A stretch of DNA of 64,000 nt from Candidatus Enteromonas sp. (GCA_034089705.1 JAXDTZ010000009.1:135046-199045); one strand, 5' to 3'; numbered from the stretch's first letter, positions 8,793-18,632 are shown. Translations and numbers: made by a program. Notes: generated by a model not told the origin, from the sequence alone.

Positions 8793-11392
8793 ACGGAAAA
8801 CGCCTTTATTGCATCGACGGGAATTCATTGCTCTTCCGCGCCTTCTACGCGACCTATTTCGGGGATCCAAGCACCTTGATGCGGACCAAAGACGGACGGC
8901 CGAGCAACGCGATTTTCGCCTTTTCCAACATGCTTTGCAAATTGCTGAGCCTCCTCGAGCCCGGGGATTTGATTTTCTTAGCATTCGACAAGGATTCCCA
9001 AACCTTCCGGAAAGAGGAATTCGAAGGGTACAAAGCCAATCGCAAAGCCACCCCGGAAGAGCTCAAATCCCAATTCGCCCCCGCCCGAGACCTCGTGAGG
9101 GCCATGGGCATCCCCATGCACGAAGAGCACGGGGTCGAGGCTGATGATCTCTGCGGTTCGGCGGCCAAACTCGCCGAAAAAGAGGGGTATCAAGTGGAAA
9201 TCTACACGAGCGACAAAGATTATCTCCAGCTCGTGAGCCCCAGCGTCACGGTCCATCTGCTCAAAAAGGGATTCCGCGATTTGCTCGACATCACCCCCGA
9301 ATCGATGGTGGAGAACTTTGGGTTTTCCCCGCTCCAAATCATCGATTACAAGGGGCTTCGGGGCGATGCTTCCGACAACCTCCCCGGGATTCCCGGGGTG
9401 GGGGACAAAACCGCGACCAAATTGATCGCGGAATACGGTTCCTTCGACGCCATCATGGAAGCCGCTAAAGCCGGGACGATCAAAGGGAAGCTCGGCGAGA
9501 ACTTGATCGCCGGGGAATCCATGGGGCGGCTCTGCTATAACCTCGCGACCATCAAGACGGATTGCCCTCTCCCCTTTGGGTTAAGCGAAATGGAATATCG
9601 CGGCTATTCCCCCGAAGAGGTGGCCCATTTCGCGGAGAGTTACGAACTCAAGAGTTTGCTTTCCAAAATGCCGAAATCCGCGATTCGTTCTTCTAGTAGC
9701 GAAGAAAACGCTTTGCCTCCGCTTACCGAAGACCTTTCCCCTTTATGGGACGCCGAAGCCATCGGCATCGCCATCGATGGGGAAGAAACCTACCACACTT
9801 CCCCGTTTCGGGGAATTGGGTTAGCCACCAAAACATCTCGCCATTACCTGACCCAAGAGGAATTGCTTCAAAATCCAAGGCTGATCGCTTTACTAGAGTC
9901 CCCTCTTCCCAAATACGGCTATGACCTCAAGGCCATTGCCTGTTCCTTGAAGAAGGTCGGCATTTCCCTTTCCGGTTTGTCCTTCTCTTTGGAACTCGCC
10001 GCCTATCTCCTCGATTCCACCTTGGGGAGCGATCCCCATTTGGTCCTGGGCTATTTCGGGGCGAGTTTGCCCGAAGAAGAATCGAACCTTCTTTCCTTTG
10101 GATATCCCGAAACGACTTCTGCCTTAGCGGCGTATTCCTTGCTCTTGCAGCCCAAAGCCTTAACCAAACTCCAAGAAAGCGGGAACGCTTCTTTGTATTT
10201 CGACATCGAGTTGCCTTTGCTTTCGATCCTCGCGAACATGGAAAACGAAGGCTTTCCTTGTAACGGAGAGGAACTCGCCGTAATCGGGGAGGAATTCCGG
10301 AAAAAGAAAGACGCTTTGGAAAGGGAAATCGCCTCTTTGGCGGGCCACCCCTTCAATATCTCCAGCCCCAAGCAAGTGGCGAGCGTCCTTTACGACGAAT
10401 TGCTTCTGCGGGGCCCCAAATCCCGAAGCACTTCCATCGAGGAACTCAAAAAACTGATCCCCCTCCATCCCATCGTCGGCAAAATTTTGGAATACCGGAA
10501 ATACGCGAAACTCGTGGGCACCTACATCGATGGCATCTTGCCCCACATCGATTCGGAAGGGAAGATCCACACGGTGTTCCATCAAACCCAGACCGCGACC
10601 GGCCGCCTCTCTTCTTCCGACCCCAACCTCCAAAACATCTCCACGCGCGATGAAGAGAGCAAAGAGATCCGAAAAGCGTTCCATTATTCGGACGGAACAC
10701 GAATCCTAAGCCTCGACTATTCCCAAATCGAACTCCGCATCCTCGCTTCCTTGAGCGGATGCTCGAGTTACATCTCCGTCTTCCAAAGCGGGCGGGACGT
10801 CCATAGCGAGACCGCCCGGGCCATCTTCCACATCCCCGAAGGGCAAGAAGTCCCCCATGAGTTGCGGCGAAAAGCCAAGGCGATCAACTTCGCGATCATC
10901 TACGGGACCACGCCTTTTGGCTTAAGCGAGCAAATCGGGGATTCCCCGGCGGAAGCCGCGAGGATCATCGCTTCCTTTTACGAGGCCTATCCCGAGATCG
11001 CGGCCTATTTGAAGCAAATCCTCGAAGACGGGGAAAGGGATGGTTACGTCTCCACGATGTTCCACCGCCGAAGGTATTTAAGCGAACTCCATGACCCGAG
11101 TTACGTAAAACGGGAAGCCGCGAAGCGCGCGGCCTTAAACGCCCCAGTCCAAGGCACCGCGGCGGACCTCATCAAAGTCGCGATGATCGCCGTGGATTCT
11201 TTGTTAAAAGAAAAACAAGCGAAAACCAAGATGGTCCTCCAGATCCACGACGAACTCCTTTTCGCGCTCGCTCCCGGCGAAGAATACCTCATCCCCCTTT
11301 TGACAAAGACCATGGAAAGCGCAGTGAAGCTTTCCGTCCCCTTGAAGGTCGAAGGCAGCGTCGGGGAGAGTTGGTTCGAGGCGAAAGACTGA
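8789..11392 (+). CDS. polA: DNA polymerase I
   Basis: It has an N-terminal 5'-3' exonuclease (MNGKRLYCIDGNSLLFRAFYA) and the pol motifs RRKAKAINFAIIYG and HDELLFA. Confidence 0.95.
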   Translation: MNGKRLYCIDGNSLLFRAFYATYFGDPSTLMRTKDGRPSNAIFAFSNMLCKLLSLLEPGDLIFLAFDKDSQTFRKEEFEGYKANRKATPEELKSQFAPARDLVRAMGIPMHEEHGVEADDLCGSAAKLAEKEGYQVEIYTSDKDYLQLVSPSVTVHLLKKGFRDLLDITPESMVENFGFSPLQIIDYKGLRGDASDNLPGIPGVGDKTATKLIAEYGSFDAIMEAAKAGTIKGKLGENLIAGESMGRLCYNLATIKTDCPLPFGLSEMEYRGYSPEEVAHFAESYELKSLLSKMPKSAIRSSSSEENALPPLTEDLSPLWDAEAIGIAIDGEETYHTSPFRGIGLATKTSRHYLTQEELLQNPRLIALLESPLPKYGYDLKAIACSLKKVGISLSGLSFSLELAAYLLDSTLGSDPHLVLGYFGASLPEEESNLLSFGYPETTSALAAYSLLLQPKALTKLQESGNASLYFDIELPLLSILANMENEGFPCNGEELAVIGEEFRKKKDALEREIASLAGHPFNISSPKQVASVLYDELLLRGPKSRSTSIEELKKLIPLHPIVGKILEYRKYAKLVGTYIDGILPHIDSEGKIHTVFHQTQTATGRLSSSDPNLQNISTRDEESKEIRKAFHYSDGTRILSLDYSQIELRILASLSGCSSYISVFQSGRDVHSETARAIFHIPEGQEVPHELRRKAKAINFAIIYGTTPFGLSEQIGDSPAEAARIIASFYEAYPEIAAYLKQILEDGERDGYVSTMFHRRRYLSELHDPSYVKREAAKRAALNAPVQGTAADLIKVAMIAVDSLLKEKQAKTKMVLQIHDELLFALAPGEEYLIPLLTKTMESAVKLSVPLKVEGSVGESWFEAKD

Positions 11393-11393
11393 T

Positions 11394-12752
11394 ATGCCGG
11401 AACTCCCCGAAGTCGAAACGGTCGCCCGTTATCTGCGTAGCGCTTTGCTAGGAAAAACCCTCACTTCCTATTCGTTGCTTTTCGCTTCGAATTTTAAAGG
11501 CAAGGATCTCCTTCCCGCCTTGGTGGGACAAAGATTGCAAGAGATCCGTCGAAAAGGGAAATTCCTGATTTTCGAGTTCGATTCCTTGGTTCTCGTCTCC
11601 CATCTCCGCATGGAAGGGCATTACGAGGTGAACGCCTCTTCTTCTTTGCTTCCTTACGAACGGCTTTCCTTTGGTTTTGGGAAAGATATCCTCCATTATG
11701 GAGACAAACGGAAATTCGGAACCTTCGACCTCATGAAGAAGGAAGACCTCCCCTCCTTCCTTCCTTTGCTTCATTTAGGAAAAGAGCCGAGCCAAATGGA
11801 AGCGGAAGAACTTTATGAAAAGCTTGTCGGCAAAACTCTTCCCATCAAATCCTTGCTCCTAGACCAATCCCTCCTCGCGGGGATTGGGAATATCTACGCG
11901 GATGAGATCCTCTACGCGTGCCATATTTCTCCAAGAACCAAGGGAAAGGACATCTCGTTCATACAATGTCAAAAAATCATTCAAGAATCGCGAAGAATCC
12001 TAAATTTTGCTATTCAAAACGGCGGGAGTAAAATCGCGACGTTTGAAACCCCAAACCACCTTCCTTCCATGCAGAATCACCTCCGCGTTTACGGAAGGAA
12101 AGGGGAATGTTGCCCCCAATGTGGAACGAGGTTCACGTATCGAAAAATCGGAGGCAGGGGGACGACCTATTGCCCCGTTTGCCAAACTTCCCCTTCCTTT
12201 GTCCTAGGGATCACCGGCCCCATCCATTGTGGAAAAAGCACGGCGACTTCCTATTTTGCGAGCAAAGGATACGCGGTATTTGACGCGGATCGAGAAGTCA
12301 AAGCCCTCTATCGCCTTCAAAGCGTTCAGGCGGCTTTGAAACGGGTGTTTGGCAAGGAAGCCGTCCATAAGGGAACCATCAACGCGCCGTTTCTTCGGGA
12401 AGCCTTGGCAAGCAACACCAAGAAGAAACGGGAATGGGAAGCGTATCTCGACCCTTTGCTTTTCAAACGGGCCAAGGAAATGGTGGAAGAGTTTCCCCGC
12501 GTCGTATTCGATGTTCCTCTTTTGCCTAGAAGTTCCTTGCTAAATTTCACCGACGCGGTGATTTTCCTCTCTTCCCCGGAAGAAACGAGGATGCGCCGCC
12601 TGGAAATCGAAGGGAAAGACGCGGAAGCGTTGCTTTCCTTAAACGCGGATTACCCCATGAAAAAAGCCGCGGAAATCGCGACTTTTCGGATAGAAAATAG
12701 TGGGAGCAAAGAAGAGCTCTTCGCTTCTTTATCAACTCTTCCTCTTCCCTGA
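11394..12752 (+). CDS. mutM: Fusion protein: formamidopyrimidine-DNA glycosylase (Fpg/MutM) N-terminal domain plus dephospho-CoA kinase (CoaE) C-terminal domain
   Basis: The N-terminus MPELPEVETVARYLR and the zinc finger CPQCGTRFTYRKIGGRGTTYCPVCQ are followed directly in frame by a CoaE P-loop, GITGPIHCGKST. The gene starts 1 nt after the polA stop. Confidence 0.85.
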   Translation: MPELPEVETVARYLRSALLGKTLTSYSLLFASNFKGKDLLPALVGQRLQEIRRKGKFLIFEFDSLVLVSHLRMEGHYEVNASSSLLPYERLSFGFGKDILHYGDKRKFGTFDLMKKEDLPSFLPLLHLGKEPSQMEAEELYEKLVGKTLPIKSLLLDQSLLAGIGNIYADEILYACHISPRTKGKDISFIQCQKIIQESRRILNFAIQNGGSKIATFETPNHLPSMQNHLRVYGRKGECCPQCGTRFTYRKIGGRGTTYCPVCQTSPSFVLGITGPIHCGKSTATSYFASKGYAVFDADREVKALYRLQSVQAALKRVFGKEAVHKGTINAPFLREALASNTKKKREWEAYLDPLLFKRAKEMVEEFPRVVFDVPLLPRSSLLNFTDAVIFLSSPEETRMRRLEIEGKDAEALLSLNADYPMKKAAEIATFRIENSGSKEELFASLSTLPLP

Positions 12753-13661
12753 AAAGACCAAACCGGTCAAATCCATTTCTTCCCCGCAGCAAGAACGGAG
12801 GAGGTTTTGGAGTTGTCTCGCCCGAGGGGAGCCAATCGAAGGGGAATACATCTGGGCGATTTCCCCCATTTTGAAGTCGCTGGAAAACGCCGTGAGGCGG
12901 TTAACTTTTGCTCGGGCATTCAGAATGGGGAAAAGGATGGAAGAATAGGCGAATCCGCTTTTGTCTTTCATCTCGCTTCCAAAATCGTCGAGGACGAGCA
13001 AGGGGACTTGGGTCAATTCCTCGATCTCTTTGGCGAATTTCTCTTTCGCTTGGAAAGAATCGGAACGAAGCTTTTCGACCAAAGAGGGGGTGTCGCAGAA
13101 GGCCACCGTTTGGGGCTCGTCTTCTCCGCGGGCAAAGTCCAAGGCGAAGCAAGCGAGCAAGAACGTCCTTCCGCACCCCCGGTTCCCCGTGATATAAGGC
13201 CAAACCGAACTCTTCCCCGACAAAATCTTGGACAAGAAAACCAAGGCTTTCTTCTTCTTTTCGCTTCGTTCAACGGAAGTTTTTAAGGATTCATCACTCC
13301 AAGATTCGGGGAAATCGCGGTACAAGAAATACGAACGGAGACGTTCGACTTTCTTCGCAAGAGGGCAAAGATGGAGCCTTCGATCGATGAGCCCGTCTTC
13401 GCGGAAGAGTTCCATTTGGTAATGGGGGATTTCTTTCGCGCAGGATTGGTAGCCCGGGCAAGTGTCGCAATAATGGAGGTCGTCGTAGAAATCCAAAAGG
13501 GGAACGAGGGCGAGTTTGGTCTCGGCGATCGAAAGGTGGAACTCGTCGCGGATCAAGGAGCAAAGCCGCGAATCCCCGCGAAGGAGTTCGAGCATTTCCT
13601 TTTGGGCTTCTTCCAAGCCGCCTCCCGCGGTAAGAGGAGTTTTCACGAGCGCTTTTTTCAT
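12732..13661 (-). CDS. dnaI: Primosomal helicase loader DnaI (AAA+), Walker A reads GCGRT instead of GxGKT
   Basis: An N-terminal Cys/His Zn-binding region (CDTCPGYQSC...HLCP), Walker A ITGNRGCGRTFLLAC and Walker B LLVLDDFGSE. It overlaps the upstream gene by 4 nt. Confidence 0.75.
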   Translation of the reverse strand: MKKALVKTPLTAGGGLEEAQKEMLELLRGDSRLCSLIRDEFHLSIAETKLALVPLLDFYDDLHYCDTCPGYQSCAKEIPHYQMELFREDGLIDRRLHLCPLAKKVERLRSYFLYRDFPESWSDESLKTSVERSEKKKKALVFLSKILSGKSSVWPYITGNRGCGRTFLLACFALDFARGEDEPQTVAFCDTPSLVEKLRSDSFQAKEKFAKEIEELTQVPLLVLDDFGSEMKDKSGFAYSSILFPILNARAKVNRLTAFSSDFKMGEIAQMYSPSIGSPRARQLQNLLRSCCGEEMDLTGLVFSGKRKS

Positions 13662-14902
13662 CGGGAGTCCTTTCTCGAATAGATGTTATCGAACAAAGCA
13701 TCGAGTTCTTCGTCCGATATTTCCTCGTCTTTTTTGGTTTCTTGGATATTATCTGGATAATCTTCCGTTACGGGTTTTGGTTCCGATTTTTTCTTGGGGG
13801 ATTTCGAACCCAAGAGGGCTTCCATGGCATCCCGGGCGTTGGTGAGTTTTTTCCTCACGAGCAACGCGGCGAGCTTTTCGCATAATGGGGCGGACAAGAC
13901 GTTGTCGTTGATGCCGAGGACGTAATCGATGACCGCGTTGACGCAAGGGCCGGGAAGCCCGAGGTCCAAACGGAGGCGTTCCACGAGTTTGAGGTCGGCT
14001 TCCGCGGGTTTGTGGAATCCCTGCTTGATGGAGAGGAATTGCGCGGGAGGGGTTCTGTCCATGAGGGCGATCTTCTTGGCGAGTTCGTCTTTTTCTTGGG
14101 GCAACGCGCTGTCCGTCGGAGCGTCCCGAAGGTAGGAAAATTTCATCCCTTCCCGGCACTTCTTGAGGAAGGAAGGACGGAGGAGTTTCTCCCCGAGGGG
14201 TTTGTAGGGGCTTAGGCTTTCCGCGGCGAATTGGGCGATTGTGGCGCTCGAATAGCCATAAAAGGCCGCGACTTCTTCCAAGAAGGCCTTCTCTTCAGGA
14301 GAAAGCATCTTGCTGGAATAGCCCCGGGAAGAGAGCTCTTCATCTAACGCGGACACGTCAAACCCAAGGTCCAAGATCTTCCGCGCTTCTTGGTCTTCCA
14401 AGGGATGGAGTTCTTCGTTCCATCCGCTTTTCCGGAAATAGGCGCGGAAAGAGGTCGAGACGTCTTCCGCTCCTTTGGGGGCGCCTTTTTCGGAATACCC
14501 TTTTCGGATTTTGGCCATGGTTTCCTTGCCTACTGATTCTTCTAGAAGACTTGAAAGCAAGAAATGGTTCAAAAAAGCTTGCGGGGACAAAGGAGGATAC
14601 AGGAACAAGGAATACACCTTTTGGCTGTTGTCTTGCCTTAGATAAGAACGAAGAAGGCCTAGGGCCTCTAAGGCTTTGGAAGAATCCTCGAACTGTTGGT
14701 AAGAAACCCCCAAGAACTTCACGACGTCTTCTCCGGTGCAGAAAGAAGAGAAACCCGCTAACGCGAAAAGACCTTGGTAAACCCCCATCGCGGTGGATCC
14801 GAGGATGGGGAGATAGAGTTTTCCCAGGGTCTCAAACGAATCGTTGCCGATCGGGCGAGACAAGCTCAAGGAGACGTAATCTTTCGAACCGAGGATTTCC
14901 AT
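13658..14902 (-). CDS. dnaB: DnaB/DnaD-family replication initiation and membrane attachment protein (Firmicutes DnaB sense)
   Basis: A 414-aa protein immediately upstream of dnaI and overlapping it, with a C-terminal DnaB_2/DnaD-like region. The order matches the B. subtilis dnaB-dnaI operon. Confidence 0.6.
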   Translation of the reverse strand: MEILGSKDYVSLSLSRPIGNDSFETLGKLYLPILGSTAMGVYQGLFALAGFSSFCTGEDVVKFLGVSYQQFEDSSKALEALGLLRSYLRQDNSQKVYSLFLYPPLSPQAFLNHFLLSSLLEESVGKETMAKIRKGYSEKGAPKGAEDVSTSFRAYFRKSGWNEELHPLEDQEARKILDLGFDVSALDEELSSRGYSSKMLSPEEKAFLEEVAAFYGYSSATIAQFAAESLSPYKPLGEKLLRPSFLKKCREGMKFSYLRDAPTDSALPQEKDELAKKIALMDRTPPAQFLSIKQGFHKPAEADLKLVERLRLDLGLPGPCVNAVIDYVLGINDNVLSAPLCEKLAALLVRKKLTNARDAMEALLGSKSPKKKSEPKPVTEDYPDNIQETKKDEEISDEELDALFDNIYSRKDSR

Positions 14903-14966
14903 ACGCGCTATTGTAATCGGAAACTCGCATCTATTTCCATAGGAAAAACTCCCATAACATCGAGCC

Positions 14967-15025
14967 TTTTTGAGTTTTCCACAGCAAAAACGCGATGAAT
15001 AGTGGACATTTTTGAGTTTTCCACA
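14967..15025. repeat. Two identical 17-bp direct repeats, TTTTTGAGTTTTCCACA (14967-14983 and 15009-15025), in the dnaB / pfkA divergent intergenic region
   Basis: Exact repeat 42 bp apart. The core TTTTCCACA is one mismatch from the DnaA box TTATCCACA. Confidence 0.7.
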
Positions 15026-15067
15026 TCCGAGAAGTTTTCCTTTTTTTATTCATGCGCGCGCGTCACG

Positions 15068-15076
15068 TGTTATAAT
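15068..15076 (+). promoter_or_regulatory. Extended -10 promoter element TGTTATAAT for pfkA-pyk
   Basis: TGnTATAAT lies 38 nt upstream of the pfkA ATG. A GAGGT RBS sits at 15102. Confidence 0.55.
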
Positions 15077-15113
15077 GTTTTCGAATTAGGCAACTTTTTG
15101 TTGAGGTAACGAT

Positions 15114-16076
15114 ATGATTCGAAAAATTGGTGTTCTGACTTCCGGCGGCGATGCCCCGGGAATGAACTGCGCCATCCGCGCCGTTGTCCGCGCGGGACTC
15201 AAATACGGCCTGGAAGTCTATGGCGTCATGGACGGATACAAGGGTTTGGTAAACGACGACATGTTCTTAATGGACCGGCACTCGGTCTCCGACATCGTCA
15301 ACCGCGGGGGAACCGTGCTCGGCACAGCCCGCCTTCGCGAATTCAAAGAAGAAAGCGTCCGCCAAATCGCCGTGGATAACCTCCGTCGCCGCGGAATCGA
15401 TGCCCTTGTCGTCATCGGCGGGGACGGTTCCTACATGGGCGCCAAACGCTTGACCGAAATGGGCATCAACTGCGTTGGCCTCCCCGGCACCATCGACAAC
15501 GACATCGCTTCGACCGATTACACCATCGGTTTCGATACCTGCTTGAATACCATCCTTTATTGCGTGGACCACATCCGCGACACGACTTCTTCCCATCAAC
15601 GTTGCGCCATCATCGAAGTCATGGGCAACCATTGCGGCGACCTCGCCCTTTTCTCCGGCATTGGGGAAGGGGTGGAAATGATCATCACCCCCGACCATCC
15701 GATTCCGGAAGAGGAAATCGTCGCGAGCCTAAAAGAACTCCACGACGCCAAACGGAAACGCGCCATCGTCATCGTCTCAGAAAAAATGTTCCCCGACATC
15801 CACGAATTCGCCCGCCGCATCGCCCAAGAAACCGGGTTTGAAGCCAAAGCCGAAGTCCTCGGGCGCGTGCAACGGGGTGGAACCCCCAGCGCCTTCGACC
15901 GCATCCTCGCTGCGAGAATGGGCGCTTACGCGGTGGATTGCCTCCTCGAAGGGAAAGGCGGCATCTGCGTCGGGATGATCGACAACAAGATCGTCGACTT
16001 CGACATCCTTGAAGCCTTGCAACTCCCCCGGGACAAGCATCCGTCCATGCTTCGCCTTATTGATATCCTCAAATAA
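15114..16076 (+). CDS. pfkA: ATP-dependent 6-phosphofructokinase
   Basis: MIRKIGVLTSGGDAPGMNCAIRAVV... with the GGDGS motif, 320 aa. Confidence 0.95.
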   Translation: MIRKIGVLTSGGDAPGMNCAIRAVVRAGLKYGLEVYGVMDGYKGLVNDDMFLMDRHSVSDIVNRGGTVLGTARLREFKEESVRQIAVDNLRRRGIDALVVIGGDGSYMGAKRLTEMGINCVGLPGTIDNDIASTDYTIGFDTCLNTILYCVDHIRDTTSSHQRCAIIEVMGNHCGDLALFSGIGEGVEMIITPDHPIPEEEIVASLKELHDAKRKRAIVIVSEKMFPDIHEFARRIAQETGFEAKAEVLGRVQRGGTPSAFDRILAARMGAYAVDCLLEGKGGICVGMIDNKIVDFDILEALQLPRDKHPSMLRLIDILK

Positions 16077-16089
16077 GAAGGACAAAACG

Positions 16090-17547
16090 ATGTTACTCAA
16101 CATTTCGAAGAAAACTAAAATCGTCGCCACGATCGGCCCGGCTTCCGACACCAAAGAACGCGTCTTGGAACTCTACAAAGCCGGGATGAACGTCATGCGC
16201 ATCAATTTCTCCCATGGGGAATACCCGGAGCAATTGGCCAAAATCCAAATCGCCCGGGACCTCGAAAAGGAAGGGATTTTGATTCCGGTGGCCCTCGACA
16301 CCAAAGGGCCGGAAATCCGTTGCCACAAATTCCAAGACGGGGCCGTCAAAGTTTCCACCGGGGATCAAATGGTCATCTCCATGACCGAACGTCTGGGGGG
16401 CCACGATGGGTTCAGCACCACCCACAGCGACCTTTACAAGGACGTCAAGCCCGGAGACCACATCCTCATCGATGATGGAAACCTCGACTTCCTCGTCGAT
16501 TCCATCGACCCCAAGACCCACGAAATCCACGTCACCGCCCAAAACAACCACGTCTTAAAGGACCGCAAGGGCATCAACTGCCCCTTCTCCCGCCTTTCCG
16601 TCCCTTATATCTCCGAGAAAGACAAACAGGATCTCAAATTCGGATGCGAAAACCACGTGGACGTGATCTTCGCTTCCTTCGTCCGCCGCCCGGAAGACAT
16701 CAAAGACCTTCGCGCCTTGCTCGCCGAATACGGCGATCCCACCATCCCCATCTTCGCCAAAATCGAAAATCCGGAAGGCGTGGAGAAAATCGAAGCCATC
16801 GTCGATGAGGCGGATGGCATCATGGTCGCCCGCGGTGACCTCGGAGTCGAAATTCCCCCCGAGCAAGTCCCGGTGGTCCAAAAACGCATCATCGACCTTT
16901 GCCGCGTGAAAGGGAAACCCGTCATCACGGCCACCCAGATGCTCGATTCCATGGTCACCCACCCCCGCCCCACCCGCGCGGAAGTCAGCGACGTGGCCAA
17001 CGCGATCACCGAAGGCAGCGACTGCGTCATGTTAAGCGCCGAAAGCGCCTCGGGAGCCTACCCCGTCTTGGCCGTGGAAATGCAAGCCAAGATCGCCGCG
17101 ACGATGGAAAAATTCCTCGATTACGAACGCCTCGCCAAAGAGAGTTACGACACCTCCGAAAAGACCAACAACGACGCGATTTCCAACGCCGTCGCCAACA
17201 CGGCTTTGTTAATCGGCGCCCGCCTCATCGTGAGCTTCACCGAAACCGGAAATAGCACCATCCGCATTTCCAAAGCCCGTCCTTGCTGCCCGATCGTTTC
17301 GGTCACCAACCACCGCCGCACCGCGATGGCGGGAGCCCTCCATTGGGGCGTCTACTCCGTGCTTTTGAAGACCCCCAACATGCCGGACTTCATCGAGGAA
17401 ATGGAAGTCATCGCCCTCAAGATCGCCCGGGACCTCGGCATCCCCGCGGGCAGCCCCATCTTGATGTCCGGAGGAACCCCCACCGGCGCAGGAAAAACCA
17501 ACTTCATGCGCATCCTCACGGTGAATTCGGTTCGGGAAATCGAATAA
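16090..17547 (+). CDS. pyk: Pyruvate kinase (start refined from the track's 16009)
   Basis: MLLNISKKTKIVATIGPAS... with an AAGAAGGA RBS. 486 aa, with no C-terminal PEP-utilizer extension. Confidence 0.9.
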   Translation: MLLNISKKTKIVATIGPASDTKERVLELYKAGMNVMRINFSHGEYPEQLAKIQIARDLEKEGILIPVALDTKGPEIRCHKFQDGAVKVSTGDQMVISMTERLGGHDGFSTTHSDLYKDVKPGDHILIDDGNLDFLVDSIDPKTHEIHVTAQNNHVLKDRKGINCPFSRLSVPYISEKDKQDLKFGCENHVDVIFASFVRRPEDIKDLRALLAEYGDPTIPIFAKIENPEGVEKIEAIVDEADGIMVARGDLGVEIPPEQVPVVQKRIIDLCRVKGKPVITATQMLDSMVTHPRPTRAEVSDVANAITEGSDCVMLSAESASGAYPVLAVEMQAKIAATMEKFLDYERLAKESYDTSEKTNNDAISNAVANTALLIGARLIVSFTETGNSTIRISKARPCCPIVSVTNHRRTAMAGALHWGVYSVLLKTPNMPDFIEEMEVIALKIARDLGIPAGSPILMSGGTPTGAGKTNFMRILTVNSVREIE

Positions 17548-17560
17548 ACCTACCTAACAG

Positions 17561-17588
17561 AAAAAACCGGTTCATCCGGTTTTTTTCT
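17561..17588 (+). terminator. Rho-independent terminator after pyk (AAAAAACCGG-ttcat-CCGGTTTTTTT)
   Basis: A perfect hairpin followed by T8. Confidence 0.8.
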
Positions 17589-17632
17589 TGCTTCTTATTT
17601 ACTAAAAAAGGACGGGAGACCCGTCCTTGGGA

Positions 17633-18607
17633 TTATGCCTCTTTTTGGGGAATGGGCTTTCGTTCGAAGATCTTTTCGTAGAGCTTTCGAAGCGCGGGGA
17701 GGAGGAAGGTGCTGACGAGATCAAAGGCGAGAACCCCAAGGAAGAAGCCAAAGGCCACGTCGGAGAGGTTGTGCGCCCCACGGAGGATGCGGGAAACCGC
17801 GGTTAAGGCTCCCCAAACGTAGAATCCAATTCGGACATAGCCTTGCTTGCCTTCGAGTTTTGGAAACAAAGGGAAGAGCAAGGTAATGGCCATCGGGACC
17901 ACCGCATGGAGGGTGTGTCCGCTCGGGAAACTGTAGAATTCTTCTTTGCCCCATTCTTGGATGCCGAGGGCTTTCAAGACGGAATTCCCGGGGGTGCCGT
18001 ATTTGGAGAAACTCCAGAATCCTTGGGGCTGATAGACCGGCAACCAATACGAAGCCGCGTTTTCCCCATACAAGGCCACCAAAGTCCGATAACGGGGACG
18101 GAGCCAAAGCATCTTGAGCCCTTGCATGACCCCCAAGGTGACAACGAACATACAAAGGATGCTCGCCCCAAAGACGCAGATTTCTTTGACGTTCGGGTTT
18201 TTGATCATGAATACCCAAGGGACCCCGCACGCCAAATAGACGAGGGAGTAAACGAGGGTCAACCACGAAGGGAAGTCCAAATGGGTGACGCGGTTCAACA
18301 AGTGACGGAAGTGATTGCCCCCATATAAGGAAGCGGCGAGGGCAAGGGCGAAGAACACCGCGGTCAAGAGAATGTTCAACCACTTCTTCTCGAATTTGGG
18401 ATGGTGGAAAGCAAGGCAAGAAAGAGCGAAGACCACCAAGGTGAAGGCTGGAAGTTCGGCGATGAGTTCGAAGATTTGGCCAAAGAGGTTCTCTGGATCA
18501 TAAAGGGATTGGGTGATCTTCAAATCCAGGAAAAGCGACACGACAAAGGCGACGAGGACTGCTCCATAGACGGCGATCCGTTCCCATAAATTCATTTTCG
18601 GTTTCAT
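17633..18607 (-). CDS. PAP2-family membrane phosphatase (PgpB/undecaprenyl-PP phosphatase-like)
   Basis: Carries KMLWLRP (KX6RP), PSGH and SRILRGAHNLSD (SRX5HX3D), with multiple TM helices. Confidence 0.8.
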   Translation of the reverse strand: MKPKMNLWERIAVYGAVLVAFVVSLFLDLKITQSLYDPENLFGQIFELIAELPAFTLVVFALSCLAFHHPKFEKKWLNILLTAVFFALALAASLYGGNHFRHLLNRVTHLDFPSWLTLVYSLVYLACGVPWVFMIKNPNVKEICVFGASILCMFVVTLGVMQGLKMLWLRPRYRTLVALYGENAASYWLPVYQPQGFWSFSKYGTPGNSVLKALGIQEWGKEEFYSFPSGHTLHAVVPMAITLLFPLFPKLEGKQGYVRIGFYVWGALTAVSRILRGAHNLSDVAFGFFLGVLAFDLVSTFLLPALRKLYEKIFERKPIPQKEA

Positions 18608-18632
18608 ACTCTAGACTTTAGCACAAAAGACA

